DNA from: Ascidiella aspersa
Taxonomy: Eukaryota
NCBI GenBank assembly: GCA_963924565.1
Contig: OZ004607.1
Coordinates: 9,300,001-9,364,000 of the forward strand
Length of the DNA stretch: 64,000 nucleotides
Reading direction: 5' to 3'
Below the pieces are notes generated by a model. That model made no database searches. It saw only the letters and a list, made by a program, of their open reading frames with translations, and was not told where the DNA came from. Positions within the stretch are counted from its first letter, which is position 1. Each line of letters opens with the position of its first letter. Below are positions 25,201 through 38,500 of this stretch, piece by piece. The position numbers and the translations under genes are program-made.

Positions 25201-27514
25201 ACATCGACGTGCCATTAGGTTGCGCCAATTCTTAATTATTTTTTGAAGCACCCAATGGTAGCCATTATTTTAACACAAAAACATTTCAATAGGCTGACGG
25301 CGTTTTTACAACATCAATCTGAAGAAAATAGGGGTGTTTTCTTGCTGGTTTTATTATTTTTATATCTGAGTTATTTCATATTTGTTGAAGTTGTATAAAA
25401 TTCAGTTTTTTACTAATATATGGGTAATTTACCAGGCTTACTCATACAGGTAAGATTTTCCAGTATATCTTCTGTATGGTGATGTGGGGTACGTAAGATG
25501 GGACAGGCCGTTCCCAAGTGAGGAACTATTTGTTAAAACCTACATTTTGGTTTATTCTGACAAAAAATGGACTTGCCATTACCTCTTTTTGAGAAGCTAA
25601 CATTTTGTTATAGTTCAAAAGTTTTCAACTAACAAATTTTAATATAATCAGTTTTAAATTTTTGATGTATGACGTAAAACATTTTATACGGTTTCCCTAT
25701 CAATAAAATATGGTATGAAATGCACCTGGTTAAAATGGATCACCGTATTAACATGTTTGTAAGAAATGTTGCAAACGCAGGTAAAACTTCACTTAACAAA
25801 AACCATACCTATTCGAATAATAACAAAATTATTGTTTAAAAGTCCACTAAAAAACAAACGAGCAAACAGACAATATTTGGCCTAGGCCGTGTTTGTTGAG
25901 AGCTATCAAGACAGGCAGAATATTTGTAGAAATGTATTCAATGTAAAAATATAGACACAACAAAACTAAAGTTCCAAGACAGTCACTTTTTGCCACGCAC
26001 TTGTCCTGTTGAAAGTCTGCCGCTTTCAAGTATGTGAATGCCTTTCCGAAACAGTAATGTGTTTATTTTCAAGAATAAAAACTCGCAGGTGATTCGAGGT
26101 CAAATCGCGGGCGGGAAAAGAAACAGCAACGAGGCAACAGAATAAAACGCGAGGCGGGAAGAATAAATAGCAAAAGGGTTATTCCACATGGGTAGTGTGG
26201 AGATGCTGAAACTCATTAAAACAGAGACGAAAAATGACATTGTGACGTAGGCGAAAAACACATTGTTACGGCGGCAACGATTTGGTTTTAACACCAGTGT
26301 ATAACAAAAGAAATATAAGATGAAACGAAAGTCGGAAACAGCCTTGAACACGTTTGAGAAGTTCAGTTACAAAACTAAGGAAATTGTTATAAATTTCGTA
26401 CAGCAGGAATACAACAAAATTTTATTAGAAACAAGACAGAACTAATTAACTACGAACTGAGACAGTTTTGGTTTTTTTATTTTTATTTGACGAGCAGCAA
26501 TATTTGACAATTTCCAGAGTTTGCTACGTTTTATGCATTAACAAGTTTGTTACGAGATAGCTATAGGCTTACACGGTTTGTTGATCTTTTAACTTAGTTG
26601 GATTATATCAAAGTGTCAAATAGGGTGTATTTGAGACATGATCGGCAACTGGACGTTGTAGCCTTTTTGCTGTTAGGAAGTTCATTAAATTGGGCAGAGC
26701 CCCCTAATTCAATTGAATTCCAAAACTTTTGCAAGAGAACTGTGAAAATGGCGAATAACAATGTTTAAAAAGTGGGATAAAACTAAATATCGCCAAAACG
26801 CGCTTGAAAAGGCAGCAACAGTAATGAAAGAGGCACACGAGAGCTACAGTGACAAGCTTCCTTATAAAAAGTGTAGGTTTAGTTTTACATGGATATAGGA
26901 GGTGCCACAGACTTTGAAAGGGTCATTAAACTAAGATGTGCTTCTAGTCTTTGGAAATAAAATATTGTTTGTGAGAAATAAACCCAAACTGTTGAAAAAG
27001 AGTGTAATACTTAAATGAAAAAGATTCTTAAAACGCAACACACCACTATAATCCCGTCCCGTACGACACATTGAGGTTTACAACTGCGCGATTTAAAAGT
27101 TTACGTTCACTGTTCGTCCATTTACTGCGAGGCTCAACTTGCAATGAAAACTTTTTTACTGTCAGTGGATGTCGGTTTAGTTCGTCGTTTAACTTTAAAC
27201 GAATTCAATCCGCAATAGCCAAACTGTTGGTGGTTTACACGGAGGTTAAAAGGAACCTAACCAGTAGAAAAAATGAAAAAAAAACTTTTTTAGGGCTAAA
27301 AAACAGGAAATTTTTTTTAAAACCAGGTTCCGTACTTTATTCTTTCGTGTTTTCACATAACCCGACAGCCCTTTCGGGATTGCTTGCGGGCTTACTGGCC
27401 AGCTGTTACGTCACAAAGAACCAGCTCAGCAACGGTTACGTCATGGGTGCACGTCAGAGTCTTTCCGCAAAAAGGTGAAAGGTCGAATTGTTTTTGCGAA
27501 ACCCGCGTCGGCCT

Positions 27515-29502
27515 TTATTCTTCGGACCTCATTTCGAAGCTGCTGTCCGAAACTAGGATTGGTCTTCCACGGTGGCGGATTGCGGAACGCGGACGAGGTC
27601 CGGACGGTTCCGCATTATCGCCGCGTCCCCGTGGAGCCTTTAAATGAATAACAATCTGGGGTTAGCATTGGAAGAATTGTATTAGTTTCAAGAGCGCCTT
27701 TAAGGGGATAATCTTTGTAAATGGCCGTATTTGTCTAATTCTAAATAGAGTAATCAAGTGACACTATGTAAAGCCAAACAGGTCTCAAAGTATACTTTAG
27801 CCTGATCAAGCACGGTTGTGCAAAAGCTTTTCAAGAATTTAAAGCAACTTGTCTTTACATAGTGCCACTTGATTCCTCTATTTAAGGGGATAACTGTCTC
27901 TAAACTGTACTTGAACTTTTTAAGTTATTGCTATTAAATTTAGTCATTCTCAAAATAAAAACGAATGACTATAATTAGGCCACACAATACGAATTTTTGT
28001 TTTTTAAATACGTTTAGTTTGAGGTAGAATTCGCAGATATTTTTAAAATTAAGGGCGCTCTAAAAGAATAGGCTAAAGGTTAATTAAGGACAATTCGTTT
28101 TTACATATTACTGACTTCAAGCCGCTACTAAACCGTCTGACGATGTTCTGCTTTCATATAAATGACGTAGGCCTATGGGTTGAGTTAGTAGGTCTGTTGG
28201 GTAATTTTGTTAAAGCGCGGTGTAAGAACGCCTAACATACATTACGAATGCCCTTAAAATACAATTATCTTCGGACTGTTCTGGAAAATAATCAAATTCA
28301 CTTTTTTTTTAAAAAAAGAATAAGTTTGATCAAGTCCCAGAACAGTATGAAGATTAGTTCGTTTTATGTACTAATCGTAATAGACATCCATTTTGCAATA
28401 GCAAAACGATATATTTTTGAGAACTTTTACTTCGATATCACCAAAAACGTTTCGCTTTTCCAATCAACACAGGTATGCTACGATATCAATAAATAAACAA
28501 AATACCAAAAAAACAACCAAACAATAGCAGGACGATTTCAAACACGAAAGGGTGCTTTAATGCGCGCAATTTGCTCTTATTTGGCAGCCACAAACTAGCA
28601 GCGTCTCTCTTATTTTCGACCTCAAATCACCCCGAGCGAAAATACTTACAGCGTTGGATCTGAGGAGATCGTCGTTGAAAGAACTGCTGTCGGGCGAATC
28701 CGAATCGAATCCCGAAAGGTCGTCGTCCGCCTTGTCAGGTCGCACTAGATTGGGAAGAAGTATTTCCTCGATGTTGCCTGTTTCAAGAAAAGCCTCATTT
28801 TAATTTTAGCAGCCCCGGGCTTTTGGCGCAATACGCTTATGGTGTGAAGTGAGTTCGTGCCGTGCGGTGTGGCGTGGGTTTTTTCGCTTGCAGTGCTCAA
28901 AACAAGTGGTTGTATGAAAAAGTGGTGAGATGCCTATCTTTGGTAAATAGCTTACAATGTTTAGATTGATAATAATTATTGAATGGCAAAACAGACGGTT
29001 TTTTTAAGTTGCCTCTCGAAAAAGCGGCTAAAAATGTTTTTACTAAAGCGAGCAGACTGTTTATCATAAATTCAATTGGCATATTACGGTCGGTCAAATT
29101 TTACTTTAAAGACATGTTGGTTTTATACGTTTCTTCGAAAACCTTTTAAAGCCTGTCAATCAAAATTAAAACATGTATGAGTAGGGTGAGTTTTAAAACT
29201 GTTCTTCAGTGACATTTGTGCCCAAGCATAAAACCATCTATTTCTGCAAATCGCTTAACAAACGTACCACACGCACGGGATTTTAGTTTCGAGGGCTCAA
29301 TACCCAGCGTCCGAAAAACAACAACAAAGGGGCTCACTTAAGCCCGACGGTAATTCCCACGTTAACCCCATTCACCCCTACCGTCGCCCCCGCCTGTGGG
29401 GTCCAGATTGTTTAGGAACTGTCGCTCGAGGAAGGCGATGCGAGATCTCAGCAATTCAATCGTCTTCCTCACTTCCGACATCTGGTCACGGTCGAGCGGC
29501 GC
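27515..29502 (-). CDS. Three 3' exons: EMID1/COL26-type C-terminal coiled coil, acidic segment, RGD-containing tail
   Basis: 29502-29382 [40 protein letters not shown]; 28777-28650 [43 protein letters not shown]; 27637-27515 [40 protein letters not shown]. Confidence 0.8.
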
Positions 29503-32500
29503 CTGTCACGTGATGCAAGTTGCGGTGATGTGGTGCGTGACGTTAGCGAGCAATAAACAGTCAACGCCGTATATGTTGATTCTATAGGCGCTACAGGTGT
29601 CGGTTTGGCGTGATAGTTTGTTGTGAGTCATTGGAACTAAGAGCCAAGACCAAAAGGCTTCCAAAGAACCCTAGGGCCCCGACTTTTGAAAACAGATTTG
29701 TGCCAAACTGAGTCGAAACGCGGCTATTTTGGTGGCTATTCTTGCCTCGGTTGAGCATCTTTGCTGCCAGCTCAGTCCGGGATTCGCCCTCTGATTTCAA
29801 TTACCGTGTGAACCTGTAATGTCGCCGCTGATTGATGTTCATTTTGGCGCAGGGAGTAGTATGCGTGTACGTGCGTGTGCAGCCAAAGTTTCAGTGGGAC
29901 AGGTTACTAGGACTCGGATGCCGTCTCGCCATTAGCTAACTCTTACTGCTCTACCAGCTTTTCACCAACACAGCGTTACAAAACGAATTATGTTACATAA
30001 CTAACTATAATGTAATCATGAACAGTTGAACACCCATCAAAGACAGGCAAGCGAGAAACTGTGGCAAAGTATATAGAAAAATATATCTTATACAGTTTTG
30101 CGGACGATTTGTTTTAAACGAGGTTCCATTTTAAAAATAATAAAGCCATAATATTCGACAAAATCGACATTTTTTGTTGTTGAGTATTGCCGTAACGATT
30201 GTGAACAACGAATTTTCCATTTTAGGTTAAATTGTTTTCTATTAAATTTCAAACTGGGAAGCCCGGCGCAATTTTTCCAATATCTAGACCTCCATTTTTT
30301 ATCATTTACATTTTACAGTCGAATTGTAGTCTTTATGAAAGTTGTCACAGTATTTGCCCAACGGAATTGAAAAAAAATAAGTAGATGTTTTCCTAAACCT
30401 AAACTTTTCAGTCGGCGATCCCAATTAACATTTTGCTACCTTTCATGTTTGACAGAGATAAGCAAAGCATTTTGTGATGTTTTTACTTCGGCAAGCGTTT
30501 GTTAAAATAATGTACAAGTCAGTTTAAGATGATTTTTTTAACATTAACAACGCAAAAGTTTCTCAATATAATGTAAAAGTTTCATACATTTCAATTTTTT
30601 GTGTGTCGCTGTCTTCTGGTCCTTTTCTTGCACAAGCCGTAAAACTTACACACACAAACTTGCCGCTTTTCTAAACAAATCTTTTATGTTTTATTCACCA
30701 ATGGTGAAAATGGAATGGAGGAAAAATAAGTGTAAAATTAAGTGAAAGAGGTAAGGGTTGTGACTGGGTTCTTCCCATTCGCCAGAAAGAAAACCGGGAA
30801 TGACTAAAAAAAATGGCCTGAGCCCAGTCCTAGGAAGCCGGTGCCGCCGGCAGGTAGGACCAGAGTTGGTACTGCACACAACCCTTTTGTTTGTGGTGTT
30901 GATTGAGGGAAAGTTTAATATCGTCCCGCTCATAACCAAATTTCCTAAGTCATTTTTATTGATTTTCAAAGTTTTTGATCCAGTCACTCCTTGTTACCAT
31001 CACCATCCACAGAAAGCGTGCTTGGGTCATTTTTAGGTCATTTCCCACTCGCTTGTGCAAAACAATGACTTAGGCACTTTTTCTATGGATGGGGATGGCA
31101 ACAAGGAATGACTTAGGCAAAACCTCTGAAAATCATAAAAAAATGACTTAGGCAATTTGGTTATGAGCGTGACGATATAGTGGTTAAGGTGAGTAAATGT
31201 TGGTATTATTTGTCTTTAGTTTCACTTCCCCCCCCAAAAAAAAAACAGGGTTCCCTTAAAATAAGCGGATTCTACTAAATCGGTTGACTTATTCAAATAA
31301 AAAGAACAAATATCTCCCTTAAAAAATCTTCCTTTAATGCCATTGATTAAGCGTGAAGTAGAATATCTGTGGGAACAATCCATGCCGATAAAACGTGTGT
31401 ATCGTGCATCATATCAGCGCCTGTGCATCGCTACATGCCGAGAATAACCTCGGTTTCGTTTCGGGCTACGTCCCCCTTTCGAGCCCCGCCCTTTCTTCTT
31501 AGCCAATCGCTGCTCGAGCTCGTCTAAGCGGGCGTTCACGGTGAAAGATAGAAGTAGAATCTCTGCCTTCATTTTTTGCAGTCGAACCCGCTGCATATCG
31601 GCGTATTAATAAATACAAATCTCGTGTTTGTTTTAACGCTTTAACTAAGGGGATAAGAAAAAGGTTATCTTTTGAATATTTAAATTTTTAACGACAGAAC
31701 TATAGTTTGTATTGCAAGATCTGTTTTAGGCAAGTATTTCCATTTTTAAAGAGATAAGCGTTAACCAAAATACCCCCAAGCCATAAATTATTTTTCACGT
31801 AATATTTATCTGAATTAGGGTTATAAACTTACGGAACTGCTGGATCTTGTTGCTTCTCCCTAAACAACAAATAAAACACGTTTAGCTTATACAAATGCTG
31901 TTGAAATTGAGTTTTAATTGCAATTGATTTACATTTAAATTCAACATATAAACCAACATCGTTTAAAAAAATTCCTTTAAAAGCTACGTTTGTTTTGTAT
32001 TTTATGCAACTAAGTTACTGTTATTGCAGTTTGAAAGGTTTTCCCTTTTATGCTATATAAAAACCAAGTTAACTGGTGCGGACATTTACTGTTTGTTTTG
32101 GAAATTTAGGTGTATAAAATAAAATTCGTCCTCACCTTTGATCCTTTTGGTCCTGGCTCTCCCTGAAAAGTTAAAACAAAATAGAATTAAAATTCCAGTA
32201 ATGCTTCCTAATATTATTTATTAATAGTGAACACTGCGATAGCTTTAATCATTTTCTGACTAAAATTATGAAAAGCAAATATTGTTTCACAGACAAGCCA
32301 TGTTGTTATAGTTTAACTACAAATACGTAAAATATGCATCCTAAGGTAAACTTGAACCCTTTGCCATCTTTACACTATTGCCTGAAAAGTCAGATGATGT
32401 ATAACGTAAACAGATTGGTTTATGCTTACCGTGGTTCCGACGCCGGGTATTCCTTGCGGACCCATGGGGCCGGCATCTCCCTTTTCACCCTTGGGGCCGG

Positions 32501-35500
32501 CGGGGCCAGCAACTCCTGACGCAGGACTAGCCAATTCACCGGTAAAGCCTCGAGGTTGGACGTCTTGCTCTGATAATAACGTTTGTTAGGTTTAACTTAG
32601 TTTTTTGTTTGGGTAACTTTACAGTTTCCAAACGGCCTAAAATGTCCCTTTTTTGGACAACCAAACAGCCTGGACTATATTGTAAGTCGAAACAACCATG
32701 GTAAAAAACGACTTTCCCCGGCGTAAATTATATACAGAAATTCAAAAAACGCTTTACATCAAAATTATGTAATAGAGATGTAGGAAATATTCATGAAGTT
32801 CCTGCTTTTGCAGCAGAATATGTATTTTGAAAGATCATTGAAGAGGTTGAGTTAAACCATTTCTGTGCGACAAAAATACTTGGGTCTTGAACTATAACAC
32901 TTCGTAGTGCGTGTGATTCGCCATTAAAAATTAAAAAAAAAACGAAGTTAAAACAATCGGTCGACATTTGGAAATCTTTATTTTTTTTAAAAGATCATTT
33001 AAGCGCCACAAAAACACTTAAAACCATCACAGTGCGTATAATTCATCTGAAGCAGGGGTTCTTGAACTATTTTTGCCGCGGACCCCTAAACATTTATTTT
33101 GCCTCGCGGGGACCACGGTTGGTCAAAAAATGTCAAAAATACCGTCATAAATTGACGTCAAGGTACAAATAGACTTCGTAAATTTGATGATTTCGGTTAA
33201 AAATGTAAAGTAAAATGAAGTCTATTCAGTGCAAAACCGTTTTATTTTTAATTCAACTGTTTTATTTAATAACTTGGTTACTTTTTAAATAACACTAATA
33301 TTTCAATTAGGCCTTTATGGACCCCCTAAAACTAGTTCACGGACCCCCAAGGGGTCCATGGGCCCCAGTTTAAGAACCCCTGATCTAAAGATTGAAAATG
33401 GCGGACAAATAAAAAAACAACTCACGGTTCAAATCGCTCTCAAGCGTGACCGAATAGTTGAACCCGTGAGCGCCGCAAACGTCCTGGCATTCCTCGGGCG
33501 TCTCAAAGTTGTTCCCGTTGCCCCGGCAACCGCCGTACACGAACACCGAGCAGCGTCGCGTCGCCGCGTCGAAGAAGTAGCGGTAGAGCGACGCGCGACA
33601 CGGACCTGCGCGCAGCGGTTCTGCGCAGGCCACCGGAAGCGCTCCATCGGCGGCGGGCAGGTCTTTGAGAGAAAAACATTTTTGTTAAAACAAACTTCGG
33701 AAATTATAGAACGTTTTATATAATTGTTGTACAAGGAGGGTGCAATCTAAAGATATTTTTTTAAGGTTTCGTTTTGGTTACAACTGATTTTTAATGCGAC
33801 TAAACATTACTGGGTATTATCACTTAAATTGGGAAATGTTTCGGATTTTTTTGACTTACAAGGGTTAGGTGGCGATACTTTTTTTCGAATTTGATCTAAA
33901 TTGACCTAAAAGTATTTTTGCCTTTTCCCAACATACAAGAAGGGAAAACTTAGTTTAGCCCAGGGGTTATGTACTGTAGTGTGAAATTATGCGCTATTTA
34001 GGCATATATGCGCAATTTACGAAAATCAACAACAACAAAACCATTAGTAAATCGACTGATTGTTTGTGTTTTGTAAATATTGTTGAACTTACAAGATCGT
34101 TTTTGATCGTTTTTAATGCATGCATTAAACACGTATGTTATAAATACACTGAGTTTAATTCCTATTATTACAATTTTATTTACTTCCGTCGGCCATTGTA
34201 GACAGGGGGTACGAGAAAATTTTTTGAAAGCTTAAAGGGTACAAGCGCTAAAAATGCTAAGAAACCCTGCTCTATCCTATTGGATAAACCTCCGACTTCC
34301 TTACGCACTTTCAATGTCTGTTCCTTTGGGCGACGCATTTCGTGAGCTGATGGTAGGTGGATCGGGTTTGTAAGGTTCAAACTCCAGGCTCGGTTCCCCG
34401 CCGCAGACCTTGGTGCATTGGGAGGCCTCCTCGAAGCGGTTGTCGTTGCCGCCGCAGCCTCCGTACACGAACACGTTGCATTTGTCGGTGATCGGGTTGT
34501 AGTAGAACATCGGGATGGACGCCTTGCAGATGCCCTTGATCCGTGGCTTGTAGCAGCGCTCTGGTAGAGTGTCCGAGTCTGCGAGAATAAGCGTGTTGTT
34601 GGGTTAGAGTTCCAAGACTTTTTTGGGTAAATTTGTTACGCTGCATGGGCAAATTAAGCGCTAAACTGCTTGACAGACGTATTTTTAAATCAGTGTGAAG
34701 CTTTAACTAAAGAACAATTATGTTTTCAATATCAGCTATTCGATTAAATGAATATAAATAGATGGGTACACTATGCACGAATCTGTAATGTAGCTTAATA
34801 ATAAATCGATTTTTTCAAAAATTTAAGGCGTCTTTTTGTAACTGGCCAAGCTCAGTTATGTAGGCATTGGACGTGTGACTAAAATATAGTTAACTTATAT
34901 AAGGCAGGTTTTCGCTATTCACCAAAAGAGATCTGCAATACGATAGCGCCGAGTTGGATGCCCGCAAATACAACATTTTTTGTGTTACACGTTGTTTACG
35001 TCTTTTTAGGTGGATAGAGCAAATAATTTTGAAGTATGAGCTTAGAGCCTAGATTTCACGAAAAATAAACAATTTAGACCCAAACTAGAAATCATGCCCT
35101 CCATAAGCCACTTTACTCTTCATTTACGTCGAAAACAAATCCTACCCGAATGCAAAAACGACGGCTCTTTTCCGCCGCAAGCGTCGCGGCATGCCCAGGG
35201 CGTGAGGAAGCGGTTAGCGTTGCCAGAGCAACCGGAGTAGGTGAAGAGCTTGCAGCGGTTCTCCTTGACACTGAAGTAGAATCGAGGGAATCTGCCCCGA
35301 CATGAGCCGTCCTTGCGGGGAAAGGTGCAGATCTTGGGCAGATCTAGCCTTGGGGCGTCGACTGGAAACGCAATAGAATAGTTTTAGGATGAGGCACCAC
35401 ACTTGCAAATGGGTTGTTTTGTTTCGACAGGCCTTGTAGGCTTATGTTGTATTTTCGGCGCTGGTCTAAAATCCTACCAATATTTTTAAGGTAGAGTTAC

Positions 35501-38500
35501 AACTTACACAACTAGTTATTGAAATTGGGAGAATACAAGAATAAATGCGCGACCCACCCGAACCCAAACGCTAACCCGTACCCCAACCCAACAATGTGGA
35601 CTGATTTAATAATCATTTGTTTGGGTTAGGGCGCGGGTTAGCATTTGGATTCGGTTTCGTTGCTGTTCCTAAAAAGAAAAGATTGTTGTAGGACCAGCGA
35701 CTCTAATTTTCCGATAGCAATAAAATGTGAAACTAGCACAGAAAGATAAACCATTGCACGTTTTGGTATAACTCTTTTTGTAATTTGACATTCCATTATA
35801 GCACATGTCTTGTAATAAATTACCAAACTCTTGTTTTAAGATAGTGGCGTTACTAAAGAACTTTAAAATGTGGAAATTTTGACACCTTTTGGTAGCAAAT
35901 CGCATTAACGATTGTGTTTTTAGATCTATTTTTATTCACATTCGTGTCAATTTGAAATAATCCTCATTAACAATGTTATAATGGCAATTTAAGAAATGTT
36001 ATAGCTTACATGAAAAGTAAAATTGTTATTTACCGACCTGATGCTTAACAAATTGGATGCTTTTTATTGCGCGTGATTGTACACCATATAATAGAAATCT
36101 CTTTCAGTCGAAAAAAAATTTAAAGGTATTTAAAACGAATATAACCTTACTGAAAGTGTCAACCGAATAATTTACGGTACACGAAAGGCCAGAGTTACAA
36201 AGCGATACAAAAATACAATGGTAATCTATTTTAAAATACCACCATCAAAAATATACCCACAACACAATAGGCGTTATTAAAAAAAGTTTGCAAAATAAAA
36301 TACAAAAACCCAGTGTGATGTTGCAAGGTAACTAAAACCGAAAAACAAAGTTAAAAATGTGATGATCGACGTGTTATTGAAATCATAAACAAAAATATAT
36401 ATGGGATTGAGCTTTTTCGTTTTTTTGTAAGATGGCTAAATAAAAACGCCCATAACATGAAGCCGCAAAGCAACGAAAACAAAAATATTGATTATTTTAT
36501 CGGCGCAGCTCCAAAAATATAAACAAAATGTGCTTGATTGCGCCGGGCGAAAGAGTCTTATGGCTTCGTGACAAACTTACTATTTTCGGGGGTAGAAACC
36601 CCGAAAATCATGTAGGGCCCCTGGCACACGCTCTCGCACTCGCCGGGGGTGTGGAACCGGTTCCGGGTGACCGAGCAAAGGCCCCGCGGCGCCCGGAAGC
36701 AAACATCGACCCGATAGTCGAAGTAATACTCGGGGAAAGTGTGATTGCAAGTGTCGAACTGAACCGCGTCCAGGCAGCGTCTTTGCGGCGGGTCGCCGAA
36801 GGCTGTTTTGAACATTTCAGTTTGACATGAGCTTTTACAGCAATAAACCAATAGGAGAATAAGCCAACAGTGTTGTAATGACTTAAGTTAATTAATTGGC
36901 ACTTGAGTCGCTGTTTTTAAATGACTTGACTTGACTTAAGTCTTTTGGATAAATGACTTGGGCTAAAATGAAGAGTTTTGATTAAGCAATTTTGGTAGAA
37001 AAATGGGTATTTATCCTAATTTTTTGGACACCAAAATCAAAACAAATTGCAAGAAACCGACGTAATGGAAAATAACGGTTGTTAAAGAATAATCTGTAAA
37101 TAATGATTGTTAAAGAATAAACTATCCATAAAACCGGGCACGTGTGTTTATTACCGTTGGTACGTCCGCATAAAAGATTTTAACTCGTAACTAAATCAAT
37201 CCACTGTTTTTGGAAAATGTATAGTTTTAATGTCAAAGAAAAATAAAAAAAAAGGGAATTTGTATTGGAGCTCTTTAGATGCTTTTCGTTTGTAAAAAAA
37301 CGATTTTTTACGTCAGAATTGCGCCCATGTTTCAAGTAAGGCGCTTCGAGCCAAACTATAGTATAATAATTTTACAGGCCCCCAAAAACGTTTCGTTCGA
37401 ATCAGTCGCCTTTTCTGCTGTCAAACTCAAATCACGATAATTTTTTTTAATATTTCTCACCTATTTCTGACGGCGGGGAAACCCCGATCGGTGGCGCACC
37501 GTCGATGCAGGTTCTCTTGCACAGCTCGGGCGTCTCAAAGTTGTTCGCGTTTCCCTCGCAGCCTCCGTACACAAAGCGCTGGCAGGTTCCGCTGGCCTCG
37601 TTGTAGTGGAACTTGGCGAACCGGCCTCGGCACGGACCCGAGTCGACTGGCAGTATACAGCGCGAGTCGGTCCCTGAGAAGGATTATATAGGTTTTCGGA
37701 TAATGTGGTTTTTCGGTTTTCTTGTCGGTGTCGTAACGGTGAGTCAATGTTTTTTAAACAATTGACTTGGCGTCGACTGTTTCGAATAGGGTTGATTTCT
37801 TGTGTCTATTTTGGTAGAGCAGGGGTTCATAAACTGGGGTCCATGGACCCCTTGGGGGTCCGTGAACTGATATTAGGGGTCCATGAAGGCCTAATTAAAG
37901 AGCTAGTGTATACTTAAAGTAATTAATTTTTAAAAGAAAACACTTTAATTCAAAATTAAACGGTTTTGCACTGAATGTATAGTTAGACTCCATTTAACTT
38001 TCACATTTTTCGGACCGAAATAACAGAGTCACGAAGTCTATTTGTATTGTGACGTCAATATATGACGTCATTTTGGAGCATTTCTTGTCTACCGGGGTTC
38101 ATGCAAAGCCAAAAAAAATTTGAGGGGTCCGCGGTGAAAAAAGTTTAAGAACCCCTGTGGTAGAGAGTAAGGCGTCCATTTTTACATTTAAATCCGTACA
38201 CTTTTCGGTTTTGACTTTTTTTGACCTTGCGAGCATTGTAGTCAAATAAACTTAGACCTACCTGTTATTAATTTTATGGTGTGATGATCTTTTTATTAAA
38301 ATTAAATGACTTTCTGAACCTTTAGGTTACAAATACTTCACTTAGGAGCAAAATTATCTTATTTGATTTGTATCAAGTTATAAGACAGCATTAAATGACT
38401 TGAATTAGGTCTTTGTTATAATAGTAAGAACTTTTTGCCCTGTTTATGGTTTAGTTTTCAGTGTTCTGGCGACTTAACTGCTGCCAAAGTGACCTGCCTG

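Noticed and set aside
25150-26900. Possible decayed pogo/Tigger-like transposon (GGGG..AGATGGGAC motifs; KYRQNALEKAATVMKE near 26780 faintly HTH-like)
   Set aside because: No matching right TIR or TSD found and no continuous ORF; would need TBLASTX against transposases.
29591-29800. Minus-strand ORF with a hydrophobic stretch ([15 protein letters not shown]) as a membrane/GPI-type third C-terminus
   Set aside because: It needs a weak phase-1 donor inside exon 31590-31414 and has no homology support; too speculative.
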